From positions 10,549 to 74,548 of the IMG/VR virus record IMGVR_UViG_3300027832_000009: a stretch of 64,000 nt of DNA. One strand, 5' to 3'. Source of the stretch: a virus. Below are positions 1-9,900 of the stretch, piece after piece (position 1 is the stretch's first letter; every line of letters starts with the position of its first letter). Position numbers and translations under genes: made by a program. The notes below the pieces were generated by a model. That model saw only the letters and a program-made list of their open reading frames with translations, was not told the DNA's origin and made no database searches.

Positions 1-95
1 AGTCATTTTGCGGTCCTGCAGCATACCAGTATGATCCACACTTGGTTGCCCGGGCTCAGTGTCTGACATTTGAAATATTTCTCCTCACGTCGCTC

Positions 96-284
96 TCAGT
101 CTTGGATGTTGAGCTCGCTTTTAACTTTCTTCCAGATTTTGTCTATCAGACGGTACAGCACATCATCAACCTGACGCTCTTCGTTCAGGTCCTTGATCTT
201 CTCCATCACAGCCCGCCTGGCATCCGCCACAGAGCCGTCGATCGCGTCGTAGAGCTCTTGGCGTTTCTTCGCACTAATCCGCAT
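96..284 (-). CDS. hypothetical small phage protein
   Basis: ORF track 96..323; likely start MRISAKK at 284, just after the stop of the upstream ORF. Confidence 0.5.
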   Translation of the reverse strand: MRISAKKRQELYDAIDGSVADARRAVMEKIKDLNEERQVDDVLYRLIDKIWKKVKSELNIQD

Positions 285-285
285 G

Positions 286-726
286 TCAGACCCTCGCAGC
301 TGCCGCATTGAACTCACCCGCATCTACTACTGTGTGCGCATCCCCGTTCAGCTCGCAGTAACGCCACCGGTTCCAAGCATGCTCTGCCTCCGCGTCCTCC
401 CGGATTTCCGCAATTACGAACGCCCTGTTCGCTGTTCCGAGAATGCGCGATGCTGCAGTCTCTCGAACATGGACAGTGTCCCCAACTTCAAACTCTGGCT
501 CTCCGGGTGCAGCATCAGGAAATTGGGTGATCGTCCAACTGTATCGTACCCCGTTCAAGTACACCGCGGTGGCTTTCTCAAATGCCACCGCGGTCAATAT
601 ACTCTGCGCCAGCTCAGTCGGGAACCCCCTAACTGTCTCCTGTACGATTCCGCCTTTCTTCCGCAGAAGAAACGCGAGAGGTTCACCATTACGGAAAAAC
701 TCAATCCTTACATTCTTCTTATCCAT
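286..726 (-). CDS. hypothetical protein
   Basis: 146 aa ORF co-oriented with neighbours, with AGGA-type RBS. Confidence 0.6.
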   Translation of the reverse strand: MDKKNVRIEFFRNGEPLAFLLRKKGGIVQETVRGFPTELAQSILTAVAFEKATAVYLNGVRYSWTITQFPDAAPGEPEFEVGDTVHVRETAASRILGTANRAFVIAEIREDAEAEHAWNRWRYCELNGDAHTVVDAGEFNAAAARV

Positions 727-769
727 GACTACTCCGATTGATTAGATGAAAAACTAAATCCCCATTAGA

Positions 770-994
770 TCACGGTATTGAAGCACCCGCTGCCCGCTCC
801 GCAGCCATTTGATTCGCAGCTGCCAGATCTTTTAGCTCCTCCGCCAAACTGAGATCGAAGCTCGTCGCAATAACGTCTTCGATCTCCTCCGCATCGCACC
901 CCAGCACAGTCATCCACTTACGGCGGATAACTACAGCCTCATCGTGCTCTCTGTCGATCTGACGCCACTGTGCTCTGATTCTTGGGTCTATCAT
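770..994 (-). CDS. hypothetical protein
   Basis: 74 aa ORF with ATGA overlap with the upstream gene. Confidence 0.5.
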   Translation of the reverse strand: MIDPRIRAQWRQIDREHDEAVVIRRKWMTVLGCDAEEIEDVIATSFDLSLAEELKDLAAANQMAAERAAGASIP

Positions 995-1221
995 CGTGAC
1001 TCCAGCTGGGAGAGCCGAGTCTCGATATCTGCCAGTCTAGCTTCGACAGGCTTGGATGGTTCGTATTTCATGAGCGCCGTCCGCAGCAATTCACTGATTG
1101 CCGTGTCTCGAAACATGACCTTTCCGGTCTCCGCCCGGCGAGCCTCTCTGTATGTCGACAGCTTGGCTTCCAGGTCTTTTGGTAACGCAGACTTACTCCG
1201 CACGATAAGACTCCAATGCAA
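991..1221 (-). CDS. small putative DNA-binding protein (RHH/CopG-like, tentative) with C-terminal coiled coil
   Basis: LPKDLEAKLSTY...AISELLRTAL pattern; C-terminal RLADIETRLSQLE. Confidence 0.4.
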   Translation of the reverse strand: MHWSLIVRSKSALPKDLEAKLSTYREARRAETGKVMFRDTAISELLRTALMKYEPSKPVEARLADIETRLSQLESR

Positions 1222-1330
1222 CCGAGTTGCGTGTGAGGGTTACTAGCCAGACCGCCCCTAAAAACAACTCACCGAATAACTCCGGCGATTTTTTTAACTT
1301 TCGTCCAGATTTTCTTGACCTACCTCAAGC

Positions 1331-1720
1331 TCAGCGTACAGTGCTAGTCATGCCTCTGCAGAGGCTTCGTTTCTGCAGAGCTGCCTTTGTTTGCGCTGGT
1401 GTCGCAAACAATTCGTCGCGACTGTCACGGGCTGCCGCCGCATCACTGGCGATCTCCACCTTGGTGTTCTGCGGAATACGTCGGTAAAACACTCCAGGTT
1501 GATCGCACAGCATTCCTATTGCGGCCCCCACCTCATACCGCCCCGTTCGCCAGCAGAACTCGTCGCCCTTGATGAGGGCTTCGCCGACTTCCACTACTCG
1601 CCAGATGGTAGCCGGGCGGCGCCAGTAAATGGTATCCAACACGCCAATGCGGTGCAGCCACGCACCTATCGGAAACATGATCAGCATTCCCCATACTACA
1701 CCATATAGAAACTCAAGCAT
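1331..1720 (-). CDS. hypothetical protein with N-terminal hydrophobic helix
   Basis: 129 aa; contains a WRVVEVGEALIKGD module like those in 14259..15539; its 3' end contains a copy of the 31-nt element. Confidence 0.55.
   Translation of the reverse strand: MLEFLYGVVWGMLIMFPIGAWLHRIGVLDTIYWRRPATIWRVVEVGEALIKGDEFCWRTGRYEVGAAIGMLCDQPGVFYRRIPQNTKVEIASDAAAARDSRDELFATPAQTKAALQKRSLCRGMTSTVR
1348..1378 (-). repeat. solo copy of 31-nt hairpin element (family 1)
   Basis: minus strand reads CTGCAGA-AACGAAGCC-TCTGCAG-AGGCATGA. Confidence 0.85.
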
Positions 1721-1750
1721 ATCATCATCTCCTGCTGGATCACGATGGAA

Positions 1751-2179
1751 TCATGTGCGACTACGACTGTTCGATGTTACGTGCGCTTCTCCCCAGATAT
1801 TATCACACTGCTCCTTTATCGCAGTACGCAGATCAACCTCCATTTTGTTCATTTTCACCCGGCGGTCGGCTACCACCTCAGAGATAGCCTGCTCCATGAA
1901 CTGTCTCTTGTTTTCGGCGTATTTCGACCACTTACCGCTGTGTGGCTCAAATGTCTTATTTTCCAAATAACCACCCTGCCCGCCAACGCAGCCAAATAGC
2001 TCGCTGACCGTACACATTCCGAATCCTCCTTCGAGATTATACTCAGGCCTACCTATTAGGATCATCTGTGTTCCTTCACGACACATATAGTACAGCACGG
2101 TATCGTTACCGTGGATTGTAGTTTTGAATGCCCAGATAGATCCCGCATCGGGGTAAGTGAATGTTTTCGTAACTTCCAT
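1751..2179 (-). CDS. hypothetical protein
   Basis: likely start MEVTKTF at 2179 after GGGGTG; lower-GC stretch. Confidence 0.55.
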   Translation of the reverse strand: MEVTKTFTYPDAGSIWAFKTTIHGNDTVLYYMCREGTQMILIGRPEYNLEGGFGMCTVSELFGCVGGQGGYLENKTFEPHSGKWSKYAENKRQFMEQAISEVVADRRVKMNKMEVDLRTAIKEQCDNIWGEAHVTSNSRSRT

Positions 2180-2219
2180 AATAAACACCCCTGCATACTC
2201 TCGAGCTAGGTGACGTTCG

Positions 2220-2247
2220 ACGGGCGGCACCCGAAGATGCCGCCCGT
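2220..2247. terminator. GC-rich hairpin, possible terminator
   Basis: ACGGGCGGCA/TGCCGCCCGT 10-bp stem just downstream of 2265..2429; no clear U-tract. Confidence 0.35.
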
Positions 2248-2264
2248 ACAAACATCGACAGAAA

Positions 2265-2429
2265 CTACTCCTCCGCTGCCCTATCGCGATTTTGTGACCA
2301 CGTCGCAAGCGAGCACATCGCATTTGCTGCGTTGCACGCCGCTTGCGAGAACTTCAGGGCATCATCAGACTTTTCAGCCTTTGCCGCTTTCTCAATCATC
2401 GACTCAACTGACTTTACTAACTCATTCAT
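2265..2429 (-). CDS. 54 aa small phage protein (below ORF-track cutoff)
   Basis: manual translation MNELVKSVESMIEKAAKAEKSDDALKFSQAACNAANAMCSLATWSQNRDRAAEE; GGAG RBS upstream. Confidence 0.6.
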   Translation of the reverse strand: MNELVKSVESMIEKAAKAEKSDDALKFSQAACNAANAMCSLATWSQNRDRAAEE

Positions 2430-2493
2430 CGGGTTCTATCTCCGCTAAATCGCCGTCAAACAAAATGTTATAACCGAGCGACGGTAAGCTCGA

Positions 2494-2727
2494 CTACAAA
2501 GCAACGTTCTCTACTGCATACTTAACTGCGTCGTTGATGGTGTCTGCCAGTGTTTCCCGGTTTGATGGGAACACAGCTTCTCCGCCGGTGCTGTTGTGCA
2601 GAACCACTTCAGCGCACCCGTTAGACAGGTTTACTATTACCTCTACGTTATCCGGTAGCTTGCTGCACGCATTGTCTACTGCTGCAGCCAACTTGGCGTT
2701 ATACAGCCTCGCTCCAATTGAATCCAT
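2494..2727 (-). CDS. hypothetical protein
   Basis: 77 aa ORF with AAAGGTGAG RBS. Confidence 0.55.
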   Translation of the reverse strand: MDSIGARLYNAKLAAAVDNACSKLPDNVEVIVNLSNGCAEVVLHNSTGGEAVFPSNRETLADTINDAVKYAVENVAL

Positions 2728-2836
2728 GTACTCACCTTTGTTACTCGTTACAGGTACGCACCGGCCGCCGCAGGCTCTGCTACGTCTGGCCGCTGGGTGC
2801 TACCCCAGCGGCAACTGTTGTTCTGAAAACTACGGG

Positions 2837-3043
2837 CTACGCACCCGTACAAATGCTAGTTACCGAGGACGACTCTTTCTCCGCAATCCGCATAGCCATC
2901 ATGATAAGCACAAGCTTGACCTCGCACTCCTCATCCGCTGCATCTGTCGTGGGAGCGTCCGCTGTAGCTCTGCGAAGGACTGCCGCGGCAGCTGGGTTTA
3001 GGTGGCTCAACGCCTCAGCCAACTTTTTCAAGTTAATAGCCAT
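2837..3043 (-). CDS. hypothetical protein
   Basis: 68 aa ORF with AAGGAAGG upstream. Confidence 0.5.
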   Translation of the reverse strand: MAINLKKLAEALSHLNPAAAAVLRRATADAPTTDAADEECEVKLVLIMMAMRIAEKESSSVTSICTGA

Positions 3044-3123
3044 ACTCTAACTCTAACCTTCCTTTTGTGTTTTTGTCTGTTGTGTGTGGTGTCAAAGTAT
3101 TTCCCACTGACCCACTTGTGTGA

Positions 3124-3495
3124 TTACTCGACTGGTGTGTCCGCCTCACAATCCCGACTCGCCAGCTCATACAGAGAATTGTTGAACTTTGCTATCTCCA
3201 GTTCTAGTTGTAGTCTCCTCGAATATAATGCCGGTTGTCCGTATATTTTCTGAAGTCTGTCTCGCAACATTCTGCAGCCCACTATCTGCTGCTGGATTAT
3301 TAGCAGCGTAGCAAATTCGCTGTGTTCAGCTAACCGAAGCATCATCGCCTCAGCTGTCGCCGTTAAGCTGTCGCACTCTCTCGCTATTACGCCCGCCACA
3401 TCGGACATTTGTGGCTCACCACCGTTAAACGGTACCTCAGTACCACCGCTACCCATGTGTGCCCTTGCTTGGATACGAAGCCCCCAAGTAGGCAT
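3124..3495 (-). CDS. hypothetical protein
   Basis: 123 aa ORF; start uncertain. Confidence 0.4.
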   Translation of the reverse strand: MPTWGLRIQARAHMGSGGTEVPFNGGEPQMSDVAGVIARECDSLTATAEAMMLRLAEHSEFATLLIIQQQIVGCRMLRDRLQKIYGQPALYSRRLQLELEIAKFNNSLYELASRDCEADTPVE

Positions 3496-3511
3496 ACTAT
3501 CGGGTCAAAGG

Positions 3512-3529
3512 TTCGTTATTCATAACCAA
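3512..3529. promoter_or_regulatory. intergenic GGTTATTAATAACC-type palindrome (imperfect copy)
   Basis: TTCGTTATTCATAACCAA directly after a stop codon. Confidence 0.45.
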
Positions 3530-4243
3530 CTACTGGAAGTAGGTTAGGTTATCCGGCTCGCGATGTAGTTTCTGCCGCTCCCCGCGAGCCACATCCTCCG
3601 AGCCGGCGGCAGGAGCAGCAATAGAAGCTAATATCCTGCTATCCTCAGCAGCTATCATTCTTCGCATGATAGGATCCAGCAGAGTGGGTTGTGGCGTGAT
3701 CGTTAGGTGATCGCCCGCACTCTTGAATCTATCCGTGTAACTATCTGGTACTGCGTCTGTGAATACCTTCACCAGATGCTCCAGCAACATACACCTGCTG
3801 CACCACGGGTTAACCTGATCACGCAGCTCGTCTAGCGGCGCGTCGCGTAAACTTTCTGGCAGCAGTCGCCGATCCGGGTCGGCTGATCGCAGAGCTTCCA
3901 GCTCTGTTTCCGCCTGCTTATGAGCTCGACGGCACATCCCAGCAAGTACGAGGGCCTCCTCCCACGAAACATTAACATCTGAACCGTGTGAGAAACCTGC
4001 GAAAGCTGGTGCGGGCTCCATCGCCGCTTGTACAGCCTGCCCCACCACCGCTACCTCCGGAGGTACCGGATCGTGCGGTCGTAACCCGTGCATTTTGAAC
4101 TGCTGCTGGAGATGTAGATCCAGCCAACGTGCCACAACTCGGCTGATCGTGATGGTTACCAGATCAACTGGTTCGGTTTTGCCTGATTCTTGGTGCTGCT
4201 CTACTACCACTGAGTCCTCCTGTTTGATTGCCTGTTTTTGCAT
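3530..4243 (-). CDS. hypothetical protein
   Basis: likely start MQKQAIK at 4243 after AGAGGAG RBS. Confidence 0.6.
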   Translation of the reverse strand: MQKQAIKQEDSVVVEQHQESGKTEPVDLVTITISRVVARWLDLHLQQQFKMHGLRPHDPVPPEVAVVGQAVQAAMEPAPAFAGFSHGSDVNVSWEEALVLAGMCRRAHKQAETELEALRSADPDRRLLPESLRDAPLDELRDQVNPWCSRCMLLEHLVKVFTDAVPDSYTDRFKSAGDHLTITPQPTLLDPIMRRMIAAEDSRILASIAAPAAGSEDVARGERQKLHREPDNLTYFQ

Positions 4244-4346
4244 GTCCAGTCTCCTCTGTTTCTCGTTATCTCGTAATTCCGTGGTGCTGTTACACAATTT
4301 TTTACCTGTGCAGTTGACTCGCATCAGGTTCAGCGTACAGTGCTAG

Positions 4347-4377
4347 TCATGCCCCTGCAGAGGCTTCATTTCTGCAG
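4347..4377 (-). repeat. solo copy of 31-nt hairpin element (family 1)
   Basis: minus strand CTGCAGA-AATGAAGCC-TCTGCAG-GGGCATGA; a further about 17 bp flank (CTAGCACTGTACGCTGA) is shared with the 1348 copy. Confidence 0.85.
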
Positions 4378-4380
4378 ATA

Positions 4381-4668
4381 TTAGCGTCTTCTTGTAGTCG
4401 TTGAGATGGTGGCGTCGCCGTCACCACCACCGTTACCGTTGCTGCCGCCGTTGTAACCGTTGCCGAAGCCGAAGCCGAAGCCGAAGCCGCTGTCGTAGCC
4501 GGAGCCGGAGCCGGCACCTCTGCCGCTGTCATAGCCGGAGCCGTAGCCGAAGCCGTAGCCGAAGCCATAGCCGTCGCTGGCGCCGTAGCCGATGCCATAG
4601 CCGTAGCCGCTGCCATAGCCGTAGTTGCCTACAAGTTTCAAGGTGTTGCAGCCTGGGCCTGCGATCAT
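4381..4668 (-). CDS. Gly/Tyr/Ser/Asn-rich small protein, paralog 1
   Basis: start MIAGPG overlaps the upstream stop (ATGA); GYG repeats; ends TISTTTRRR. Confidence 0.6.
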   Translation of the reverse strand: MIAGPGCNTLKLVGNYGYGSGYGYGIGYGASDGYGFGYGFGYGSGYDSGRGAGSGSGYDSGFGFGFGFGNGYNGGSNGNGGGDGDATISTTTRRR

Positions 4669-4988
4669 TTCAGCCCCCAGTTTTCCGATACCGGAACGGA
4701 GCAAATCTCCGACCCTGCCGGGATCTCGACATCATTCTCCAGCGGTCGCAGGAATACCTTAGGTGACAACGGGTTCGATAGCATCCCATCGAACCCAACT
4801 TCTTCCCATTTGAAGACAAGGATCGCTCTGCTCAGGAAGATCCTGCCGTCCTCCCGCCGAGCATCCCCAGCGAAGATCCACCCGCGATCCACCACAACTA
4901 CAGCCCTGCTTCCAGTCGGCCGCGGTACTGGAACTGAGTCTGCTCGGACATACGTAACACCATTGATCACTACTGTTTGCTCGATCAT
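4665..4988 (-). CDS. conserved phage protein (DUF6948-like, tentative)
   Basis: INGVTYVRAD and VVVVDRGWIFAG motifs; this type of gene commonly precedes Gly-rich ORFs in phages. Confidence 0.55.
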   Translation of the reverse strand: MIEQTVVINGVTYVRADSVPVPRPTGSRAVVVVDRGWIFAGDARREDGRIFLSRAILVFKWEEVGFDGMLSNPLSPKVFLRPLENDVEIPAGSEICSVPVSENWGLK

Positions 4989-5059
4989 TCTGTTTCTGCC
5001 TCTACTTATTGCTTACTACTTACTGTCGCTGCCTCACAATGAGTCAGCTATCTATGAGC

Positions 5060-5077
5060 TCGGTTATCAATAACCGA
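5060..5077. promoter_or_regulatory. intergenic GGTTATTAATAACC-type palindrome
   Basis: TCGGTTATCAATAACCGA. Confidence 0.5.
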
Positions 5078-5103
5078 TTACACCCTTTACACCCTGCTGC
5101 ACA

Positions 5104-5403
5104 TTATCGTCGTCTGGTAGAGGTCGACACTGTGCCGTTACCATTGCCGTTGCCGAAGCCGCTCCTGCTGTAGCCGTTGCCGTTGCCGTTGCCGTTGCTG
5201 CTGTAGCTGTCGCAGTCGCCGGAGCCGGTGCCAGAACCGGAGCCGGAGCCGTTGGTGCTGCCGTATCGACCGTTGTTGCCGAAGCCAAAGCCGAAGCCGA
5301 AGCCGTTACCGTATCCGGTGCTGTAACCGTATCCGAATCCGAAGCCGTTGCCGAAGCCGTAACCCAAGCCGTGGCCGCTACCTACTAGTTTTAAGCTGCT
5401 CAT
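5104..5403 (-). CDS. Gly-rich small protein, paralog 2
   Basis: MSSLKLVG...TVSTSTRRR; AAGGTAAAAATG RBS/start. Confidence 0.65.
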   Translation of the reverse strand: MSSLKLVGSGHGLGYGFGNGFGFGYGYSTGYGNGFGFGFGFGNNGRYGSTNGSGSGSGTGSGDCDSYSSNGNGNGNGYSRSGFGNGNGNGTVSTSTRRR

Positions 5404-5423
5404 TTTTACCTTTCTGCTTCCTG

Positions 5424-5720
5424 CTACCGTCGTCTGGTAGCTGTCGAGATTGTGCCGTTGCCATAGCCGTAGCCGTCGCCGTAACTGTGGCCGCCTCGCT
5501 CGTTGCCGTCGCCATAACCGTCGCCGTCGCCGTTACTGTAGCCGCTGCCGTAGCCGTTGCTGAAGCTGCGGCCGCTAATGTAACCATTGCCGGTACCGCG
5601 GTTGCAGCCGTTGCCGAAGCCGAAGCCGTGGCCGTTACCGTTGACGAAGCTGTAACCGGCGCCGGAACCTTGTCCGCTGCCGTGACGAATACCGCCACCC
5701 ACTGGTCTCACACTGCTCAT
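5424..5720 (-). CDS. Gly-rich small protein, paralog 3
   Basis: MSSVRPVG...TISTATRRR; same RBS/start. Confidence 0.65.
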   Translation of the reverse strand: MSSVRPVGGGIRHGSGQGSGAGYSFVNGNGHGFGFGNGCNRGTGNGYISGRSFSNGYGSGYSNGDGDGYGDGNERGGHSYGDGYGYGNGTISTATRRR

Positions 5721-5747
5721 TTTTACCTTCCTGCTTTCTGCTTTCTG

Positions 5748-6047
5748 CTACCGTCTTCTGGTAGTCGTTGAGATTGTGTTGCAGCCGTTGCCGAAGCCGC
5801 CGCCGTCGAAGTAGCCGCCGCTGCCGCTGCCGTGGCCGCTGTTGTAGCCGGATCCGTTGCCGAAGCCGTTGCAGTAGCCGTAACCTCTGCTGCTGTAGCC
5901 GCTGGTGTAGCCGTTGCCGGTACCGTAGACGCTGCCGTAATCGCTGCCGTTGCCGTGGCCGTCACCATTGCCGTGGCCGTTGCCGTTGCCGGAACCTTGT
6001 CCGCTGTTGTAACTAATACCGCCACCTATTGGTCTCACACTGCTCAT
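5748..6047 (-). CDS. Gly-rich small protein, paralog 4
   Basis: MSSVRPIG...TISTTTRRR; same RBS/start. Confidence 0.65.
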   Translation of the reverse strand: MSSVRPIGGGISYNSGQGSGNGNGHGNGDGHGNGSDYGSVYGTGNGYTSGYSSRGYGYCNGFGNGSGYNSGHGSGSGGYFDGGGFGNGCNTISTTTRRR

Positions 6048-6067
6048 TTTTACCTTCCTGCTTTCTG

Positions 6068-6358
<291 letters not shown>

Positions 6359-6448
6359 TTATCGCCCCCTCTCTTTTTGTCCGCCACCTGCGGCAGCCGG
6401 CTCGCAATGAGCCGGCTGCACAGAGTGGATCTTGCTGCTTATGAGCAA

Positions 6449-6895
6449 CTAATCGAGAGCCCTGCGCTCCCTCATCTCAATCGCGTCGAACTCTCGCTGG
6501 TAGTGACACGCGACTGTCATTTCCGCCAACATCTTAACAGGTCCGTGTGTTGGGTGCAGCACTACGCGAGTTGCTGCCAGCACCAACACAGGGCCTTCCA
6601 GCGACTCGCTGGACCAGTTAGGCGGGTACCACTTTGTAACACCCTCCAACGAGTCAAGGCAGTGCTTTGCCCCCTCAGTGTTACCCGGCACAAGCTGACA
6701 TGAATCGTCAGTGGACCGGATAAAATGTGCCGGCACTGTATCCACAATGACTAAATACAGGTCCCCCTGCCTGATGGCGTCGTTAGCAATGCAACCCCTT
6801 GTAAAGCTCTCGGGCCTCCCCGGCTGAACAAGTGGGTCTCCACCTGCCCTCACACGACACATAGTACTCTCGATTTCCTGAATCACTGTTGTCAT
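6449..6895 (-). CDS. conserved phage protein, usual neighbour of DUF6745 genes
   Basis: IRQGDLYL, LVPGNTEGAKHCL, LHPTHG and YQREFD motifs. Confidence 0.7.
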   Translation of the reverse strand: MTTVIQEIESTMCRVRAGGDPLVQPGRPESFTRGCIANDAIRQGDLYLVIVDTVPAHFIRSTDDSCQLVPGNTEGAKHCLDSLEGVTKWYPPNWSSESLEGPVLVLAATRVVLHPTHGPVKMLAEMTVACHYQREFDAIEMRERRALD

Positions 6896-6908
6896 GATGC
6901 GACCTCTT

Positions 6909-9900
6909 TCATGTAGCTGCTATCAGATTGAACTTTTTGTCGCCAGCAAGCCACAGCTGAGCCTGCTCGCACGTCATGATGGTAGATGGAACACCCATCG
7001 TAACCATCTTACCAGTCACACAGCCAGCAACAAGCCTCTGTGAATTGTCTGCCAATCGGTACAACGCTTCTGGTGTGTTGCTGATCGGGTTTGTCATGCT
7101 GTGCACACACACCGCACCAGACTCTTCAATATACCTGGCCCACCCAAACCGGGTGATTCGGATAGATCGGATGTCTTGATTCGTCTCCTCGTTGATCTGC
7201 GCAACCGTTTGTGTCTCCGGTCGCATAACAATCTGCTCATCCACTCGTATGCCGTGAAGCGACCAGACCCCAAAACCATCACGGTACCGACACGCCATCC
7301 CTGTCTCGTTGTGCAGTCGCCCCGCTTCATCTCGGTGCAGCTCACTGTGCCGGTGCTGAAAAATGCACGCACCCTTATACGGCGCCCACCAGCCGCAGTG
7401 CTTGGCCAGCTCAAGCAGTCCGGAAAGTTTATCTGTAGCCTCCGTTAACCCGCAATGCTCGCGGAAAAATGCGTAATAAGATAACCACCCTACGTCGTGT
7501 GATCCAAAAACTTGATCGCTGACCTTATTCAGGAGCTGCTCTCGTAACTGCTCCGGGGTCTGCTCCGGGGTCTGCTCCGGGGTCTGATCGCTGACCTGCT
7601 CCAGGACCGGATCACCGACCTGCGCACTGACCGGGCCACCAACCTGAGCCCATGTCCGCGAGCTAACATAAACCCGGACCTGCTCCCGGACCTGATCCAT
7701 GATCGCCTTGTTGACCTGATCAGAGACCTGATTCGAGACCAAATCCTTGACCTGCTCCGTGACCAGCTCGCCAACCTGATCTAGGACCTGCCTCCAGATC
7801 TGACTCCAGCCCTGATCCAAGACCCGAGTACTGATCTGATCCCAGACATGCTCCCGCGCCTCGTCGCTAACCTTCGCATCGACCTGAGAACCGGCCTCAG
7901 TCCTGAGCATATCCCTGATCTGATCCCAGACCTGCTCCAGGACCAGATCACTGACCTGATCATTGACCGGACCAACGACCTGAGCATCTGCCAGCAAGTG
8001 GACATAACCCCGGGACTGCTCCGTGACCTGCCTGTTGACCTGAGCATCAACCTGATCAGCGACCTGATTCGAGACCTTCACCTGGACCGTCCCCATGGCC
8101 GTCTCGTTGAGCTGATCCTGGACTAGGTCCCGGATTTGCCTCAAGACCTGACCGGGGATCCAGCTCAGTACCTGATTCGCGACCGCCGCACTGACCTGCT
8201 GATTGACCTGCCCGTTGACCAGCTCCCTAGCCCGTGCATCGACCTGATCTCTGACCTGCTCCAGCACCTGATTACTAACCTGCTCCCGGATTTGGTCACT
8301 GACCACGCTGCTGACCTGATGGATAACCCGATCATTGACCTGATCCAAGACGTTCTTCCTGATCTGGCCCAAGACCTCGCCCGCGACCGGATCACTGACA
8401 CTCTCGCGAACCTGACTCCAGATCTGATCCCGTACCGTTGCAACGACCTGATCTCGGAGTTGCTCCCACACCTGTTCACGGACCAGCTCCTCGGCCTGAT
8501 CCGAGACCGTATCACCGACCTGCGCACTGACATAATTACTGATCTGATCCCTGATCTTCGCACTGACCTGCTCGCTGAGCTGCGCGTCGACCTGCGAACC
8601 GACCGGACTCCAGATCTGGTTCCAGACCTGACCCCAGACCTGATCACCGACCTGCTCCATGGTCGCCTCACTGACCAGCTCATGGACCTGACCCGAGACA
8701 GTATCCCGGACCTGCTCGCTGACCTGACCGCTGACACGCATCCGGATCTTCTCCCAGACTTGCTCCCGAACCTGCCCGCCGACTAGCATCCGGATCTGCC
8801 CCCAGACTTGATCACGAACCTGATCGCTGGACTGCTCCCGGACCTGATCTTGGACCTGCTGCCGGACCCCTGCACTGATCGCCGCATTGAGCTGATCGCT
8901 GACACCGTTCCGGACCTGATCCACGACCCGCTCGCCGACCTGATTTCGGACCTGATCCCGTACCGTTGCAACGACCCGCTCTCTGATCTGCTCCCAGACC
9001 TGATCTCGGATATGCTCCCCTACCTGCGAACTGACCTCGTCACCTGGAGTATTCAGGATGATCTCACGTGATCGCTCCCAGACCTGATCTGCCACCTGCC
9101 CGGTGACCCGCTCACGGACCGCTCTCCGAGCCGTCTCGCTGGGCTGCTCCCGGACCTCAGCCGCAACCGACTCGCTGAGCTGCTCCCCAACCTGCTCAAT
9201 GGCCTGCCCGCTGAGCTGCTCCCGGACCTGCTCCAAGACCAGCTCTTTTAGTTGTTCCCAAGCCTGACCCATGACATGGTTGCTGGACTGCTCCCGGACC
9301 ATCCTACGGACCGACTCGCTGGCCTGATCCATGACCTCGCCAGCGGCATGATTGTTGGCCATATTACGGACCTTACCCCAGACATGCTCACCGACGACAT
9401 GCTCGCCGACCTGCTCCCGGATCTGCTCACCGACGCTCTCGCGTACCTGAGCCGAGACCGGACCACGGACCTTACCCCAGACATGCTCACCGACCTGCCC
9501 ACTGATCAGCTCACTGATTTGTGCAGCGACCTGATTACTGACCTGGTTATGGGCCTCAGCCCAGACCTGCCCCCAGACACGAGTACCAACCTGCTCACCG
9601 ACCGGCTCGGCAACCCCAGCCCTGACATGCGCATCGACCTGACCGCGGACCTGGCCACTGGCCTGATCCTGGGCCTGCTCGCCGACCTGTTCCCGGATTC
9701 TGTCCCGGATCTGCCCCATGACCGGCTCGGCGACATGATCCCTGACCTGATCCAAGACTTCACTACTGAGCTTCTCGCAGAGCTTACCCCAGATCTGCCC
9801 CAAGACCTGCCCCAAGACCTGATCGCTGACTTTCTCGCCTGGGGTATGCGCAATCGCCTCTTGGGCTACCTCCCAGGCCTGCTCCCGGACCGGCCTCAAG

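Noticed and set aside
1216-1290. Third attC (14-bp match ATGCAACCGAGTTG to the left arm of attC2)
   Set aside because: No properly complementary right arm or core boxes; at most a remnant. A similar weak left-arm look-alike at about 2460 was also not accepted.
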